From contig JAYZBQ010000048.1 of the NCBI GenBank assembly GCA_036338695.1, positions 224,001 to 288,000 on the forward strand: a stretch of DNA of 64,000 nucleotides. The letters are read 5' to 3'. The translations under genes were made by a program, and so were the position numbers. The notes under the pieces were generated by a model. The model ran no database searches. It saw nothing but the letters and a program-made list of their open reading frames with translations, and was not told where the DNA came from. The first letter of the stretch is position 1. Each line of letters opens with the position of its first letter. The DNA comes from Myxococcota bacterium. GTDB lineage: Bacteria; Myxococcota; UBA4151. This document shows, in pieces, positions 48,979-59,388 of the stretch.

Positions 48979-51900
48979 TGCGCCGCCGTCACCGTCAGGC
49001 TGTACTCCGTGCGGCCGTCGGCGCCCTGAATCTGAAGGCCGTAGTAGGCGAAGGCTTGAACCCCCTCAAAGGTCAGCTCGTGCGTCTCACCGTCGCGCTG
49101 GCTGGTCGCCACCGCGTCGCCGGCGTTGTTCTGTCCGTCGAGCTCATGCAGCGTCATCGACAGCCCCTCGGGTCCCGTTGCCCGCACGGTGATGGTCTCA
49201 CCCGCAAGCACGATCATACGATACCAGTCCGTGTCCGAACACAGCACCAGGTCACGGCTCCAGTCGAAGACACCACCAGCCGGCCGGATGGTCACAGCGT
49301 CTGCGCTGCTGTCGCCACCGTCGGCTTCGAGCTGATCGTCGCGACACCCTTCGGTGTACTGACTCCTGAGCGTGTACGCCTGGACCGCCTGACCGCCCGC
49401 AAAGCGCTCGACCATGAGGTAGTGATCCCCACCGTCGGTGCGATCGAGCTCGATGCGCTCGTTGTCGTCCATGCTCCCGCCCACGGCGATCGCACGCTGA
49501 GACGAGTTGAACAGGTAGAGATCCACGTCACCCTGAGCGTGGGTGAACTCCGCCTCAATAACGACCGGTGTGTCCGCCACGGTGTTGAGCATGTACCAGT
49601 CGATATCGGTCGGACCACACAGGTGACGCTCAACCGGTTGAGCCGACGGGCTCAGGTAGGTTGAGGTGAGGCGCGAGTCATTCGGCTCACCTTGCGCCTG
49701 CGGGTCAGGGCAGAGCTCGCCCTGCTCCACCTGGACGCGCAGATCAAACGGCACGTCCGTATTACGCTGCTCCTCGGTCGCCGACTCGTTCCAGCCCACG
49801 TAGATGTAGTACGGCGCAGACTGACCCGATGCGTTCACCGCCTCGGCGCGCTTGAAGCCTACCGGCCCTTCGCCGTAGTCGATAATCGAGGCGGCATCGA
49901 GGATGCGCAGGTCGAGCGGGAACCTCGGGCTGTTGTTGAGGCGCACGTCAGCGGTCTGCCCGGGGTCGAGGTCGATCCGATACAGGTCGACATCGGCGCC
50001 CTCACACATGGCGCCGTCGCCGACCGTACCGGTGCCATCTTGGTTCGGCGTAATCACCTGCGCCGAGTCCCGGTCGCCGCCGACATCCCGAAGGCCACGA
50101 CAGCTAAACGGCGGGTTCACGTCGATGCGCAGCTCGTAGCGGTTGGCGTCCTCGGGCAGCACCGATTCCGGCGCAACCGTCACCACCAGGTAAACGTTTT
50201 TGGCGTCCCCCTCGTTAGTCCACTCCAAGCTCGGGACGTCCTGGTCGGGTGAAGACTGAGCCAGGTTGTCCTGCGCGTTGGTGCCGAGCAGGCGGATCGC
50301 CAGATCCGCTTCGGCCGCCATGCTCACTTGAACCGTATGCCCCGACGCCACTCGGAACGAGTAGGTGTCGATGTCATCGGCGCACAAGAATCGGCGCATC
50401 TGGACCGTGTGGTCACCGACGCTCAGACCGGTCGCCTCTTGCCGCGAGTTGTTCGGCTCGTCGATCTCGCAAGGCGGCGGGGTCGAGAGGTTCACCCGGA
50501 GGCTGTAGGGGAAGATGTCGGCGTCGGTCGCGCCGCTTCGAACTCGGAAGTAATAGGTCCCGGCGTTGAGCGCCGTCGCCGTAGCGGTCCCCGTCCAGTT
50601 GCCGTCGCGAAGCCGCGCCTGACCGACGATCTCGCCGGTCTCAGGGGCGATAATCTCAAGGTGAAAGGGAGCCGACGGTGGCAGCGCTGCGTGGCAGCGA
50701 TTGTTCAGACAGAAGGCGTCATCTTGCAGCTGACGGCAGTGCGACTCGCGGGTGCACTCGAGCTCATCGTCGAGGATCCGAGCAAAAGCCGCCTCATCGA
50801 GCGTCAGCGTGGCGTCGATGCTCTGCCCGTCATCGATCGTCAGCCGATACATATCGAGGTCCCCACGACACAGGATCTGCGTCGAGGTGTAGTACGACGG
50901 GCTGTCTTCGCCCTCTTGGAAGGGCTCGAGCGAGGTCGCCGTCGTGATCCCGTTGTTCGGCTCATCCTGACCGTCCCCGTCACAGCGAGGTTCGGGCAAG
51001 GCGCAGCGCCACATCTCGGTGTCGCACAGCCAGCGCGTGTCGCCACCATTTTGGGACTGACAGTCTTCGTCTAGGTTGCACAGCGGCAAGACGCACTCAT
51101 TGGTCCCCGCCGCGCAGCGTCGCCCTGTCGGCGCCAAACACGTGCGGTTGGGCTCGTCGTTGGTGCCGATGTTTTCGCAGTAGGTCTCCGGCGGACACTG
51201 GATGTCCGTCTCGCAGCTGACCGGGTCAGGCAGGGGCGCCATGCAGTCGACATCCCGCTGACAACCGCTCGAGCCGATGCACTGACCGAGCGCGAGGTTG
51301 CAGTGTGTGCCCGTGCTGTAGCGGCAGGTTGAGACCCCATTTCGATCCGACACACAGAGCGTGCCTTCCGAACAATCTGCTTGCGACTGACAAGGCGTCC
51401 GGTTCGCCTCCGTCGTGCACTCAAAGTCGCTCATGCACTGAACGCAGCGACCGTCCGTACGCCCCTCTGGGACATGGCAAAGCTCTCGCTCGCGGCAGAC
51501 CTCAGCTTGGTTCGCCTCGGTGCATTCACCGACCTCGATGTCACGGCAGACGTTGGAGTCTCGGTCGCACTCTTGCCCTTCGCCGCACTCGAGCTGTGGG
51601 AAGTAGTTGGCGAAGCGACAGCCTAAGTCTTCGACGCAGGCGTTCGCCGTCGGATGACAGCGCTGACCTGAAGGACAGTCGCCGTCTCGGGCGCAGGTCG
51701 GGCGCATACACGCCAAGGTCTCACAGCGCCCTGTCTCACCGTTGCAGGCGCTGCCCGCACAGTCGGAGTCGGTGACGCAGTCGGTCCCCATATCGACCGG
51801 AGTGCACTGAACCACTTGGACCGGCGCGCCGGCGCGGCTCGGGTCCTTCGCACAATCCGAGTGCTGTAAGGTCCCGTTGTCGTCACGGCTGCACTCGCGC

Positions 51901-52274
51901 GTCCCTGCGTTCAGACAGTTTCCGCCCCAGCAAAAGCTGAGCGCCGGACACTCAGCGTCGACCGTGCATTCGCAACCGATCCCTCCGCCAAGGTCACAGG
52001 GCGGGCGGCAGACGTTGCTCTCCGTGTCGCAGGCGAAGCCCTCTTCACAGTCCTCGTCGTAGCCACACTCACCGGCTTTGCAGATGCCGTCGACCCGGTC
52101 ACACCAGCGCCCGCGGCCGCAGGCGAAGCCGAGCCCCTGATCGATCGCCGCCTGATTGTTCGACGAGACACAGCGCGCCGACAACTCGCCTGCATCGGGC
52201 GTAATTTGGGTGGTATTGCCTTCGCAGGCGACCAGCGCGGCGAGCGCCGCGCAAACAAGAAGACGCGAGGTCAT
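48975..52274 (-). CDS. Lipoprotein B: long Cys-rich region plus 5 PPC-like modules
   Basis: Lipobox LVAC; more than 400 aa of Cys-rich repeats; EPNN/EPND-initiated modules with LC..D.D.Y. Confidence 0.8.
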   Translation of the reverse strand: MTSRLLVCAALAALVACEGNTTQITPDAGELSARCVSSNNQAAIDQGLGFACGRGRWCDRVDGICKAGECGYDEDCEEGFACDTESNVCRPPCDLGGGIGCECTVDAECPALSFCWGGNCLNAGTRECSRDDNGTLQHSDCAKDPSRAGAPVQVVQCTPVDMGTDCVTDSDCAGSACNGETGRCETLACMRPTCARDGDCPSGQRCHPTANACVEDLGCRFANYFPQLECGEGQECDRDSNVCRDIEVGECTEANQAEVCRERELCHVPEGRTDGRCVQCMSDFECTTEANRTPCQSQADCSEGTLCVSDRNGVSTCRYSTGTHCNLALGQCIGSSGCQRDVDCMAPLPDPVSCETDIQCPPETYCENIGTNDEPNRTCLAPTGRRCAAGTNECVLPLCNLDEDCQSQNGGDTRWLCDTEMWRCALPEPRCDGDGQDEPNNGITTATSLEPFQEGEDSPSYYTSTQILCRGDLDMYRLTIDDGQSIDATLTLDEAAFARILDDELECTRESHCRQLQDDAFCLNNRCHAALPPSAPFHLEIIAPETGEIVGQARLRDGNWTGTATATALNAGTYYFRVRSGATDADIFPYSLRVNLSTPPPCEIDEPNNSRQEATGLSVGDHTVQMRRFLCADDIDTYSFRVASGHTVQVSMAAEADLAIRLLGTNAQDNLAQSSPDQDVPSLEWTNEGDAKNVYLVVTVAPESVLPEDANRYELRIDVNPPFSCRGLRDVGGDRDSAQVITPNQDGTGTVGDGAMCEGADVDLYRIDLDPGQTADVRLNNSPRFPLDLRILDAASIIDYGEGPVGFKRAEAVNASGQSAPYYIYVGWNESATEEQRNTDVPFDLRVQVEQGELCPDPQAQGEPNDSRLTSTYLSPSAQPVERHLCGPTDIDWYMLNTVADTPVVIEAEFTHAQGDVDLYLFNSSQRAIAVGGSMDDNERIELDRTDGGDHYLMVERFAGGQAVQAYTLRSQYTEGCRDDQLEADGGDSSADAVTIRPAGGVFDWSRDLVLCSDTDWYRMIVLAGETITVRATGPEGLSMTLHELDGQNNAGDAVATSQRDGETHELTFEGVQAFAYYGLQIQGADGRTEYSLTVTAAQ

Positions 52275-52286
52275 ACTGTCTTCTCC

Positions 52287-54188
52287 TTAATTCTGGGGTG
52301 GGATCGGATCGACCGGTCGCTGCGTCGGCTGGCAGATAAAGCGCGACCCGCGGCAGAGCCGCTGCTCGCAAACCCCATCCACGCTGCAGCCGTAGTCGGC
52401 CGGGCAATCCTGGTCTCCGTTACAAGCCAAGGCGGTCGTGTCGACCGCGCAGGTCTGTCCGTTGCGGCAGTCGCTGTCGTCATTGCAGAGGCCACCTTTC
52501 TCGGTGGTGATCAGCACAGCCTCCCACCACGCGCCCGTGTCTTGCATCAAAGCATCCACCTCACAGCTCAGCAAGCCGTACAGATACACGCGCAAGGTGG
52601 CGATGGTCTCACGCACCCCGCCGTTGGTCGGTCGCGCCGTGAAGTAGTGCGCGCCAACCAGGTAATCAAAGCGGTTCGGTTGATCGACGGTGATGTTCTC
52701 CGGGCCGTACCCGTTCACGTCATCGATATCGAGCTGAGCGCCCCAGTCGAGCTGCTCACGGCAATTTCGATAAAAGCAGTCGAGGTTCGTGTCGCGGTAG
52801 ACCCGTGAATCACCGCCACGGAGCATGTGCACGTCAGCGTCTGAGGTCGGGTGATCCCAGATGAGCTGTACCGCGATGGCGTCCTGCGGGATCGCCTCAA
52901 ACTCGACGACGCAAGGCTGCGAGCGCACACCATAGTTATCCCGCACGATCAGCTGCACCGCGTAGGCACCTGCCAAGTCCACACCCGCGCGCATCCGCCC
53001 CGAGTTCTCGAATTGGAACCCGGGCTGAACGGCGCCCGGGTCGTCGAGGTCTGCGGTCGAGCCATCCGGCGCCGACAGGATCGTCCATTCGTAGCGCTCG
53101 ATCTCAGCCCCTTGGACCTCGGTCTCGCTCTCTTCACCCGTCAAACGCACGTCCGAGAGCGGCTCGATGTCCTCTTCGGGGATAAACTCGGTCTCGCCAT
53201 CGACGGAGTAGATCCCGCAGCGAGCGATCGGCGCCTGATGCCCAATACCGCGCAAATCGATCTCCACGCCGTCGGGTCGCGGGTAGCGCGGGTCGTTGGT
53301 CTGCAAGCTGAGCTTACCCTCGTAGCTGTTCAAGCCCGGAGGCGAAAAACTCACCACCAGGTTGGCCGCTGCGCCCGCTTCGATCATGATCGGCGTGTTG
53401 ACGCTGCCACCAAACTTAAACACCGGGACCGGCTCGGAGTCGGCGTCTGGGCGGGTGCTCGGATTGTTCGGATCGAACAGGAGATCGTCGAGGGTCAAAA
53501 CGCGCTGACCCACGTTACGGATCTGAATTCGACAGACGGCCGTATCACCCTGCCCCACAGCGCCGAAATCGCAGGCTGCGTTGTTGCCATCGGCGGCTTG
53601 AATCCCCGGCATCGGGATGAGCACCATCTGCGGGACGCCTAGGTCCACGCCCGAAGCGACGACCTCGATCCGGGTGATGTAGCAGCTCTTCGGCGGGGTC
53701 AGCGGCATCTGCTCCGGGTCCCCTTCCCAACCAAAGTCGGGGTAGCTGCAGTCCTCATCCATCGCCTCACCGTTGGTCGCATTAGCGATGATCTCAACCG
53801 TCCCGCGCACGTCGGTCTCGACGCTTGGGCGCACGCGCACGGTGAACTGCTCCGTCAAGCCACCGACGATCAACCGAGGGTCCGCACCGACCAGCTCAAA
53901 GGCGGGGTCCGAGTCATCGCTCATCCGGATCTGGGCGATCTCAAGGTTGAGGTTGACCGGGTTTTTGACGTTGACCACACGCTCCGTCCAGGTGGCGAGC
54001 GGGACCTCTCCAAACGCCAGCTGGCAGTTGGTGTTGTCTCCCTCACACAGCGGCGAGACCTGATCGCCATCCGGAACGCTGAGCTGGATGCGCGCCGCCA
54101 CCTGCACCACGACGACCTCGTCACAGGCACAGTTGGTCAAGCTAGCCGCCAAAAGCAGCAAGGGGAGAACGTGTAGGCGCTTCGCCAT
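52287..54188 (-). CDS. Lipoprotein A: paralog of 47467..48978
   Basis: Lipobox LTNCAC; FGEV/FGAV Ig domains; YEWTILSAPDGS..DLAGAY; LIWD..DADVH..LDIDDVNGYGPENI; start set at ATG 54188 with GAGG RBS. Confidence 0.8.
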   Translation of the reverse strand: MAKRLHVLPLLLLAASLTNCACDEVVVVQVAARIQLSVPDGDQVSPLCEGDNTNCQLAFGEVPLATWTERVVNVKNPVNLNLEIAQIRMSDDSDPAFELVGADPRLIVGGLTEQFTVRVRPSVETDVRGTVEIIANATNGEAMDEDCSYPDFGWEGDPEQMPLTPPKSCYITRIEVVASGVDLGVPQMVLIPMPGIQAADGNNAACDFGAVGQGDTAVCRIQIRNVGQRVLTLDDLLFDPNNPSTRPDADSEPVPVFKFGGSVNTPIMIEAGAAANLVVSFSPPGLNSYEGKLSLQTNDPRYPRPDGVEIDLRGIGHQAPIARCGIYSVDGETEFIPEEDIEPLSDVRLTGEESETEVQGAEIERYEWTILSAPDGSTADLDDPGAVQPGFQFENSGRMRAGVDLAGAYAVQLIVRDNYGVRSQPCVVEFEAIPQDAIAVQLIWDHPTSDADVHMLRGGDSRVYRDTNLDCFYRNCREQLDWGAQLDIDDVNGYGPENITVDQPNRFDYLVGAHYFTARPTNGGVRETIATLRVYLYGLLSCEVDALMQDTGAWWEAVLITTEKGGLCNDDSDCRNGQTCAVDTTALACNGDQDCPADYGCSVDGVCEQRLCRGSRFICQPTQRPVDPIPPQN

Positions 54189-54246
54189 ATCGAACCTCAC
54201 TTTCAAGTCAGAGCTTAGCAGGAAAAATTGCCTGTGCTCGTCCGGC

Positions 54247-56985
54247 TTATGAACGGAGCACCTGCGCGACCTGTTTCAGCACCTCTTCGTAACGGAATGG
54301 CTTAGCGAGGACAAGCGACGCGCCGGCCTGCTGGACCTCTTCGGGATCGAGGGTGGCCCCCCATCCCGTGATGAACCCGAGAGGGACCTCTGGGTGCGCC
54401 TGCCTCATCGCCTCGGCGAGCCCCCAGCCATCGAGCTCGGGCATTCCGAGGTCCGAGAGCACCAAATCGGGCGACAATTCGGCGATCATCCTCAGCGCTT
54501 CGCGGCCATCGCAGGCTGCGTGGACCTCATAGCCGCCATCGCGTAGGATATGGACGAGCAACTCGCGGACCATATCGTCGTCCTCCGCGATCACAACCCG
54601 GCCACCATGGCTGACTTCATCGGCTGCTGGCTCGGCGGCGACTTCCGCCGCCTCTACCGGGCGCTCCTGTGCTAGGGGAAAACGCAGGGTGAACACCGTG
54701 CCGACGTCCGCAACGCTCTGCACATCGAAGGTCCCGCCGCGCCGCTGAACGATCCCGAAACTCACGGCGAGGCCGAGCCCCGTCCCGCCGCTCCCTTTGG
54801 TCGTAAAGAACGGGTCAAAAATCCGCTCTTTGACCTCATCCGGGATCCCGGCGCCGTCATCACCGCAAATCAGGACGCCATGCTCCGACTCCACGGCGGT
54901 GGCGAGGCGCAGCGTGCCCCCGCCCTCCATGGCGTCGAGCGCGTTGTGGACTAAATTCGTAAGGACCTCTCGCAGCTCACGTGCGTCAGCGTGGACCCAC
55001 ACCTGCTCGCAGACGTCGAGCTCGAGGGCGACGCTGCCGCCGCCGCGAGACTCCCAGTTTGAGCTCGTCTGCGCGACCGTGTCGCGCACCACCTGCGTCA
55101 GGTCGGCGAGCACCTGCTCGTCGCTGGTGTCGGTCGTCTGGCGCGAGAACTCTTGAATGCGCCGAACCGTCCCCGCCCCATCGAGCGCCGCTTGCTCGAT
55201 CACCGAGAGCGACTCGATAAACTCAGGGCTCGTGGCTTGACGCTTGAGGAGCTGCGCTCGACCCAAAATCGACGCAAGGACATTGTTGAAATCATGCGCC
55301 ACACCCGCCGAGAGGCGACCGAGCCCCTCAAGCTTCTCCGACTCAAACCGCTCGCGCAGCGCCCGGTCCCGCTCCCGCTGCACCTGCGCATGCTGGTTGG
55401 CGAGCGCGGCGTGGCTTGCGAGCAGCTCGAGACTCTCGACGCGTGCGGCGAGCTCAAGCGTCACGCGCTGCCATCGAAAGGCCATGGCGCCGAGCAAAAC
55501 CTCGCCCTTGCGAATCGCCACGACCAAGCGCCCGTCGCTGTCGAGCCAGCTCGGTCCGTGGTGGAGGCTCTGCAAGCAACGCTCGCTCAAGGGGACGCGC
55601 TCGCTCAACCCGCGCTGAAAACGAGGCTCGAGCTCACCGTCGTCATTGCACCACCACAGCGTGCACGCGTCGCTGTCTGAGATCTCAAACGCGGTATCGG
55701 CGATCCGTTCCAAGAGGTCATCGGTTGACCCAAACTCAGCGATCGAGGTGGCGAGCTCGTCAAGACGACGCAGGTGACGAATCTGGCGCTCCTGCTCGAG
55801 ATGAAGTCGGTTGCGGTACATCGCCGGCCCGAGCTGATTAGCGACTCCGGCGATCAAGTCGGCGTCGCGTGTGTCAAAAGTTCCTGGATCCCGGCTGTAA
55901 GCCTGAAGCGTCCCCATGGCCCGCTCGCCGTGAAAGATGGGAACGAGCAGCTTGAGGCGAAAGTACTGCGCTATGTCGGGGTGGATGAGCACCGCCTCTT
56001 CGTTCGCCTCACGCAGATCAGGGAAGACGACCGACTTCTCCGAGACACTCGCCTGCCGAGGGACCTCGTACGCCTCTTGTTTGGCGATGTCCGCGCACAT
56101 CTTTGGCGGCAAACCGCGCTGCGCAACGACCCGGTAAAGCCCGTCGCGCGCCTCGGAGCGGGTCGCCATGAAGGCGTCGAACTGAAGCTGCTCCGAGAGC
56201 AACTCGAGCGTCCGGTCCAAGACGGCGTCCAGCTCGACCCCTTGATTGACGACCGTCGCGACGTCATTCAAAATACTGAGCTCTCGGTTCTGACGCTGCA
56301 GCGCACGGCGCACCTGCTGCTGCTCAGAGATGTCGCGCAGGATCCCGAGCGTGGCGACGCGCCCGCGAAAAACGATCCGCGCGGTGTTCACCTCGACCGG
56401 GAAGTAGCGCCCGCGGCTGTCGGCGGCCTCGAACTCATACTGAGTCGGGATCTCGCCCCCCTGCTGCAGCACCTCCTCGCGCGCCTCGATCACGGTCATC
56501 CCGAGCGGTGACACCAGGCGCGCAAACTCAAAGTCGGGGCGACAGACCTCTTCGAACGCCAGCCCAAGCAAGTCCTGAAATCGGCGGTTAACGAACACGA
56601 AATAGCCCTGCTCATCGAGCAGGTAGATGGCGTCGTTGGAGTGATGGCGCAGCGCCTCGAAGATCAACCGGTCAAAGACCTCGATCTCGCGCAGCGACGC
56701 CACGCTCTCGATCGCCTCTTGCAGCCGCTCAGCGCTCGGATCCTCGAGCACCTGTAACCACATGCCGCGCTCGCCCCTTGCAGCCTCTCGATGCCACCCG
56801 ACCATGGGCAGGAACGGGTCCGGCTGAACCGGCGGGTCCGGACGGCAAAAAACGCCTAAAAGTGCCTCGTCCGGCCGAGCGGCGCGCCAACACTCGGCGC
56901 CGAGCGCCTCATCGAGACGCTGCCTCAGCTCCGCCTCATCGCGCGGGTCAAGCCAAACATCCGGGACACTCTTTACCGTGGACAT
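54247..56985 (-). CDS. Hybrid sensor histidine kinase (PAS, GAF, GAF, HisKA, HATPase, REC)
   Basis: AHDFNN H-box, NLVHNALDAM, DDGAG, FDPFFTTK, GTGLGL; REC EDD..DLGMP..KPF; start set at ATG 56985. Confidence 0.92.
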   Translation of the reverse strand: MSTVKSVPDVWLDPRDEAELRQRLDEALGAECWRAARPDEALLGVFCRPDPPVQPDPFLPMVGWHREAARGERGMWLQVLEDPSAERLQEAIESVASLREIEVFDRLIFEALRHHSNDAIYLLDEQGYFVFVNRRFQDLLGLAFEEVCRPDFEFARLVSPLGMTVIEAREEVLQQGGEIPTQYEFEAADSRGRYFPVEVNTARIVFRGRVATLGILRDISEQQQVRRALQRQNRELSILNDVATVVNQGVELDAVLDRTLELLSEQLQFDAFMATRSEARDGLYRVVAQRGLPPKMCADIAKQEAYEVPRQASVSEKSVVFPDLREANEEAVLIHPDIAQYFRLKLLVPIFHGERAMGTLQAYSRDPGTFDTRDADLIAGVANQLGPAMYRNRLHLEQERQIRHLRRLDELATSIAEFGSTDDLLERIADTAFEISDSDACTLWWCNDDGELEPRFQRGLSERVPLSERCLQSLHHGPSWLDSDGRLVVAIRKGEVLLGAMAFRWQRVTLELAARVESLELLASHAALANQHAQVQRERDRALRERFESEKLEGLGRLSAGVAHDFNNVLASILGRAQLLKRQATSPEFIESLSVIEQAALDGAGTVRRIQEFSRQTTDTSDEQVLADLTQVVRDTVAQTSSNWESRGGGSVALELDVCEQVWVHADARELREVLTNLVHNALDAMEGGGTLRLATAVESEHGVLICGDDGAGIPDEVKERIFDPFFTTKGSGGTGLGLAVSFGIVQRRGGTFDVQSVADVGTVFTLRFPLAQERPVEAAEVAAEPAADEVSHGGRVVIAEDDDMVRELLVHILRDGGYEVHAACDGREALRMIAELSPDLVLSDLGMPELDGWGLAEAMRQAHPEVPLGFITGWGATLDPEEVQQAGASLVLAKPFRYEEVLKQVAQVLRS

Positions 56986-57136
56986 CGCAGGTTGACCTAC
57001 TTCCTTGGGGGCTTTGGGGCGGCGCAAGGATACGCCATCCCTTCCGCTCGCGCTAGGAAGCGAACGACGCAAGCCCATCTCACATCTTGTCAGTTGCTGA
57101 GGACCGCGCTTTGATCCGCGCGACGGAGGATCGCGT

Positions 57137-58600
57137 ATGCACGTACTCGCCATCGACCAAGGGACGACCGGGACGACCTGCCTAATCGTCAACGAGCGAC
57201 ACGAGGTGGTCGCTCGAGCCTACCGTGAATTCCCGCAGAGCTATCCGCAACCGGGCTGGGTAGAGCATGACCCTGACGCGGTCTGGTCGAGCGTCACTCA
57301 GACCATCAAAGCTTGCCTAGAGGCTGCCCCGGGGGTGGACATCGCCGCGATCGGGATCACGAACCAACGCGAGACAACGGTCGTCTGGGAACGCAGCACC
57401 GGCGACCCCATTTATCCGGCGATCGTGTGGCAGTGTCGGCGCACGCACGCGCTCTGTGAAGAGCTCAAAGCCCGTGGGCTCGAGGCGGACTTTCGTGCCC
57501 GTACCGGGTTGGTTCTCGATCCCTATTTTAGCGGCACGAAGGTGCGCTGGATTCTCGACCACACGGGCAGTCAGGCGCGCGCTCAGGCAGGTGACCTTGC
57601 CTTCGGTACGATCGACTCGTTTTTGATCCACCGACTCACCGCCGGGCGCGTCCACGCGACCGACACGACCAACGCCAGCCGCACGCTCCTGATGAATCTG
57701 GAGTCCGGCGCCTGGGATAATTGGTGCCTCGACCAGCTCAACCTCCCGCATGAGATGCTTCCCGAGATCCGAGCCTGCGACGCGTATTTTGGGGTCACCC
57801 AGGGCGTCCCAGGCCTGCCTGACGGCTTGCCGATTCACGGCGTCTTGGGCGATCAGCAAGCCGCCTTGTTCGGGCAGGCCTGCTTTGCTCGAGGCGACGC
57901 GAAATGCACGTACGGGACCGGGGCTTTTCTCCTGTGCAATGTGGGCGAACAGCCCATCCACTCAAAAAACGGGCTGCTCGCAACGCCCGCGTGGAATCTA
58001 GGCGGCACCATCACCTACGCGCTCGAGGGCTCGACCTTCATCGCCGGCGCAGCGGTTCAGTGGCTCCGCGACGAGCTCGGCCTCATCGAGCGAGCGCCAG
58101 ACATCGAAGCGCTCGCTGCCTCGGTTGAAGACGCCGACGGGGTCACCTTCGTGCCCGCGCTGGCAGGGCTCGGCGCGCCGCATTGGCGAGCCGAGGCGCG
58201 CGGTGCTCTGTTCGGCCTGACACGCGGCACCAACCGCGCCCACATCGCCCGCGCCGTGCTCGATGGGATCGCCTTACAGATCGTCGATCTGCTCGACGCC
58301 ATGGCGGCTGACTCGGGCGCACCCCTGCAGCGACTGCGCGTCGATGGCGGCGCCGCCGCGAACAATCTTCTCATGCAGATCCAAAGCGACCTACTCAAGG
58401 TCGTGATCGACCGCCCACCCATGCTCGAAGCCACCGGCTTAGGCGCTGCCCTTATCGCCGGGCTCGGCGCCGGGGTCATCCCATCCATTGAGGCGCTTGA
58501 GCGACGGTGGTCCGCTGAGCGGCAATTTACACCGCGGCGAGATGATGCGTGGCGCCAAGATCAGAAAGCTCGGTGGCTGGTGGCCACTCAATCCTGCTAG
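57137..58600 (+). CDS. glpK: Glycerol kinase
   Basis: AIDQGTTG, GITNQRETT, DPYFSGTK, GDQQAALFGQ, KCTYGTG, VDGG. Confidence 0.96.
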   Translation: MHVLAIDQGTTGTTCLIVNERHEVVARAYREFPQSYPQPGWVEHDPDAVWSSVTQTIKACLEAAPGVDIAAIGITNQRETTVVWERSTGDPIYPAIVWQCRRTHALCEELKARGLEADFRARTGLVLDPYFSGTKVRWILDHTGSQARAQAGDLAFGTIDSFLIHRLTAGRVHATDTTNASRTLLMNLESGAWDNWCLDQLNLPHEMLPEIRACDAYFGVTQGVPGLPDGLPIHGVLGDQQAALFGQACFARGDAKCTYGTGAFLLCNVGEQPIHSKNGLLATPAWNLGGTITYALEGSTFIAGAAVQWLRDELGLIERAPDIEALAASVEDADGVTFVPALAGLGAPHWRAEARGALFGLTRGTNRAHIARAVLDGIALQIVDLLDAMAADSGAPLQRLRVDGGAAANNLLMQIQSDLLKVVIDRPPMLEATGLGAALIAGLGAGVIPSIEALERRWSAERQFTPRRDDAWRQDQKARWLVATQSC

Positions 58601-59388
58601 CTAAGCCCACCGACCGGGTCTGCGTCCTCGCTGGTCTCAGGGGTCCGCCGCACCAGCAACCAGAGGTGCTCGATCAGGCCCCAGGCGATGTATCCGGCGG
58701 TGAGGATGATCAACATCAACCACGGCTGCCCGAGCGCAAGCGCAATGGCGATCGGCGCGGCGAGCCCGAGCACCAGCGCAACGCCCGATAGAAACCCAAG
58801 CTTAAGGCTCTTAAAACTCCTAAATCGAACCGTGCTCACCTGCAAAACAGACAGCAACACGACGTACACCGCCACGCTCGCCTGGTGAGCTTCGATCGCA
58901 AGCTCGAGCTTGACGCCGGCGACGACCAAGCTGACGACAGCCACCGCCGCCAGCGGGATGCTCAGCCCAACGAAGACGTTGCTCGGGTTGTCGCCGCGAG
59001 CGGACATCACGTTAAAGCGAGCCAAGCGCGTGGCACCCGCCGCCAGATAAGTGAAGCTGGCGAGCAAGCCACCCCAGCCCAGCCCCGCGAGCGCGTATTC
59101 ATAGATCAGCAGCGCCGGCGCAACGCCGAAGCTGATCAGATCCGCGAGGCTGTCGAGCTGCACGCCGAAATCGCTCTGAGTCCGTGTCAGGCGCGCCACG
59201 CGCCCATCCATTCCATCGAAAAATCCAGCGAACACGATGGCTAGGCTTGCGCTCAGGAACACAGACTCGTCCCGCTGCCCCGACGCCAGCGTGGTGATCG
59301 CGTAAAAGCCACACAAGACGGCGCTCATCGTGAACAAGTTGGGCAAGACGAAGAGCAGCTTGCCGAGGTCGGGAACCCGCCGCCTCAT
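58597..59388 (-). CDS. pssA: CDP-diacylglycerol--serine O-phosphatidyltransferase
   Basis: LPNLFT, DGMDGRVARLT..QSDFGVQLDSLADLISFGVAPA, RLARFN. Confidence 0.92.
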   Translation of the reverse strand: MRRRVPDLGKLLFVLPNLFTMSAVLCGFYAITTLASGQRDESVFLSASLAIVFAGFFDGMDGRVARLTRTQSDFGVQLDSLADLISFGVAPALLIYEYALAGLGWGGLLASFTYLAAGATRLARFNVMSARGDNPSNVFVGLSIPLAAVAVVSLVVAGVKLELAIEAHQASVAVYVVLLSVLQVSTVRFRSFKSLKLGFLSGVALVLGLAAPIAIALALGQPWLMLIILTAGYIAWGLIEHLWLLVRRTPETSEDADPVGGLS

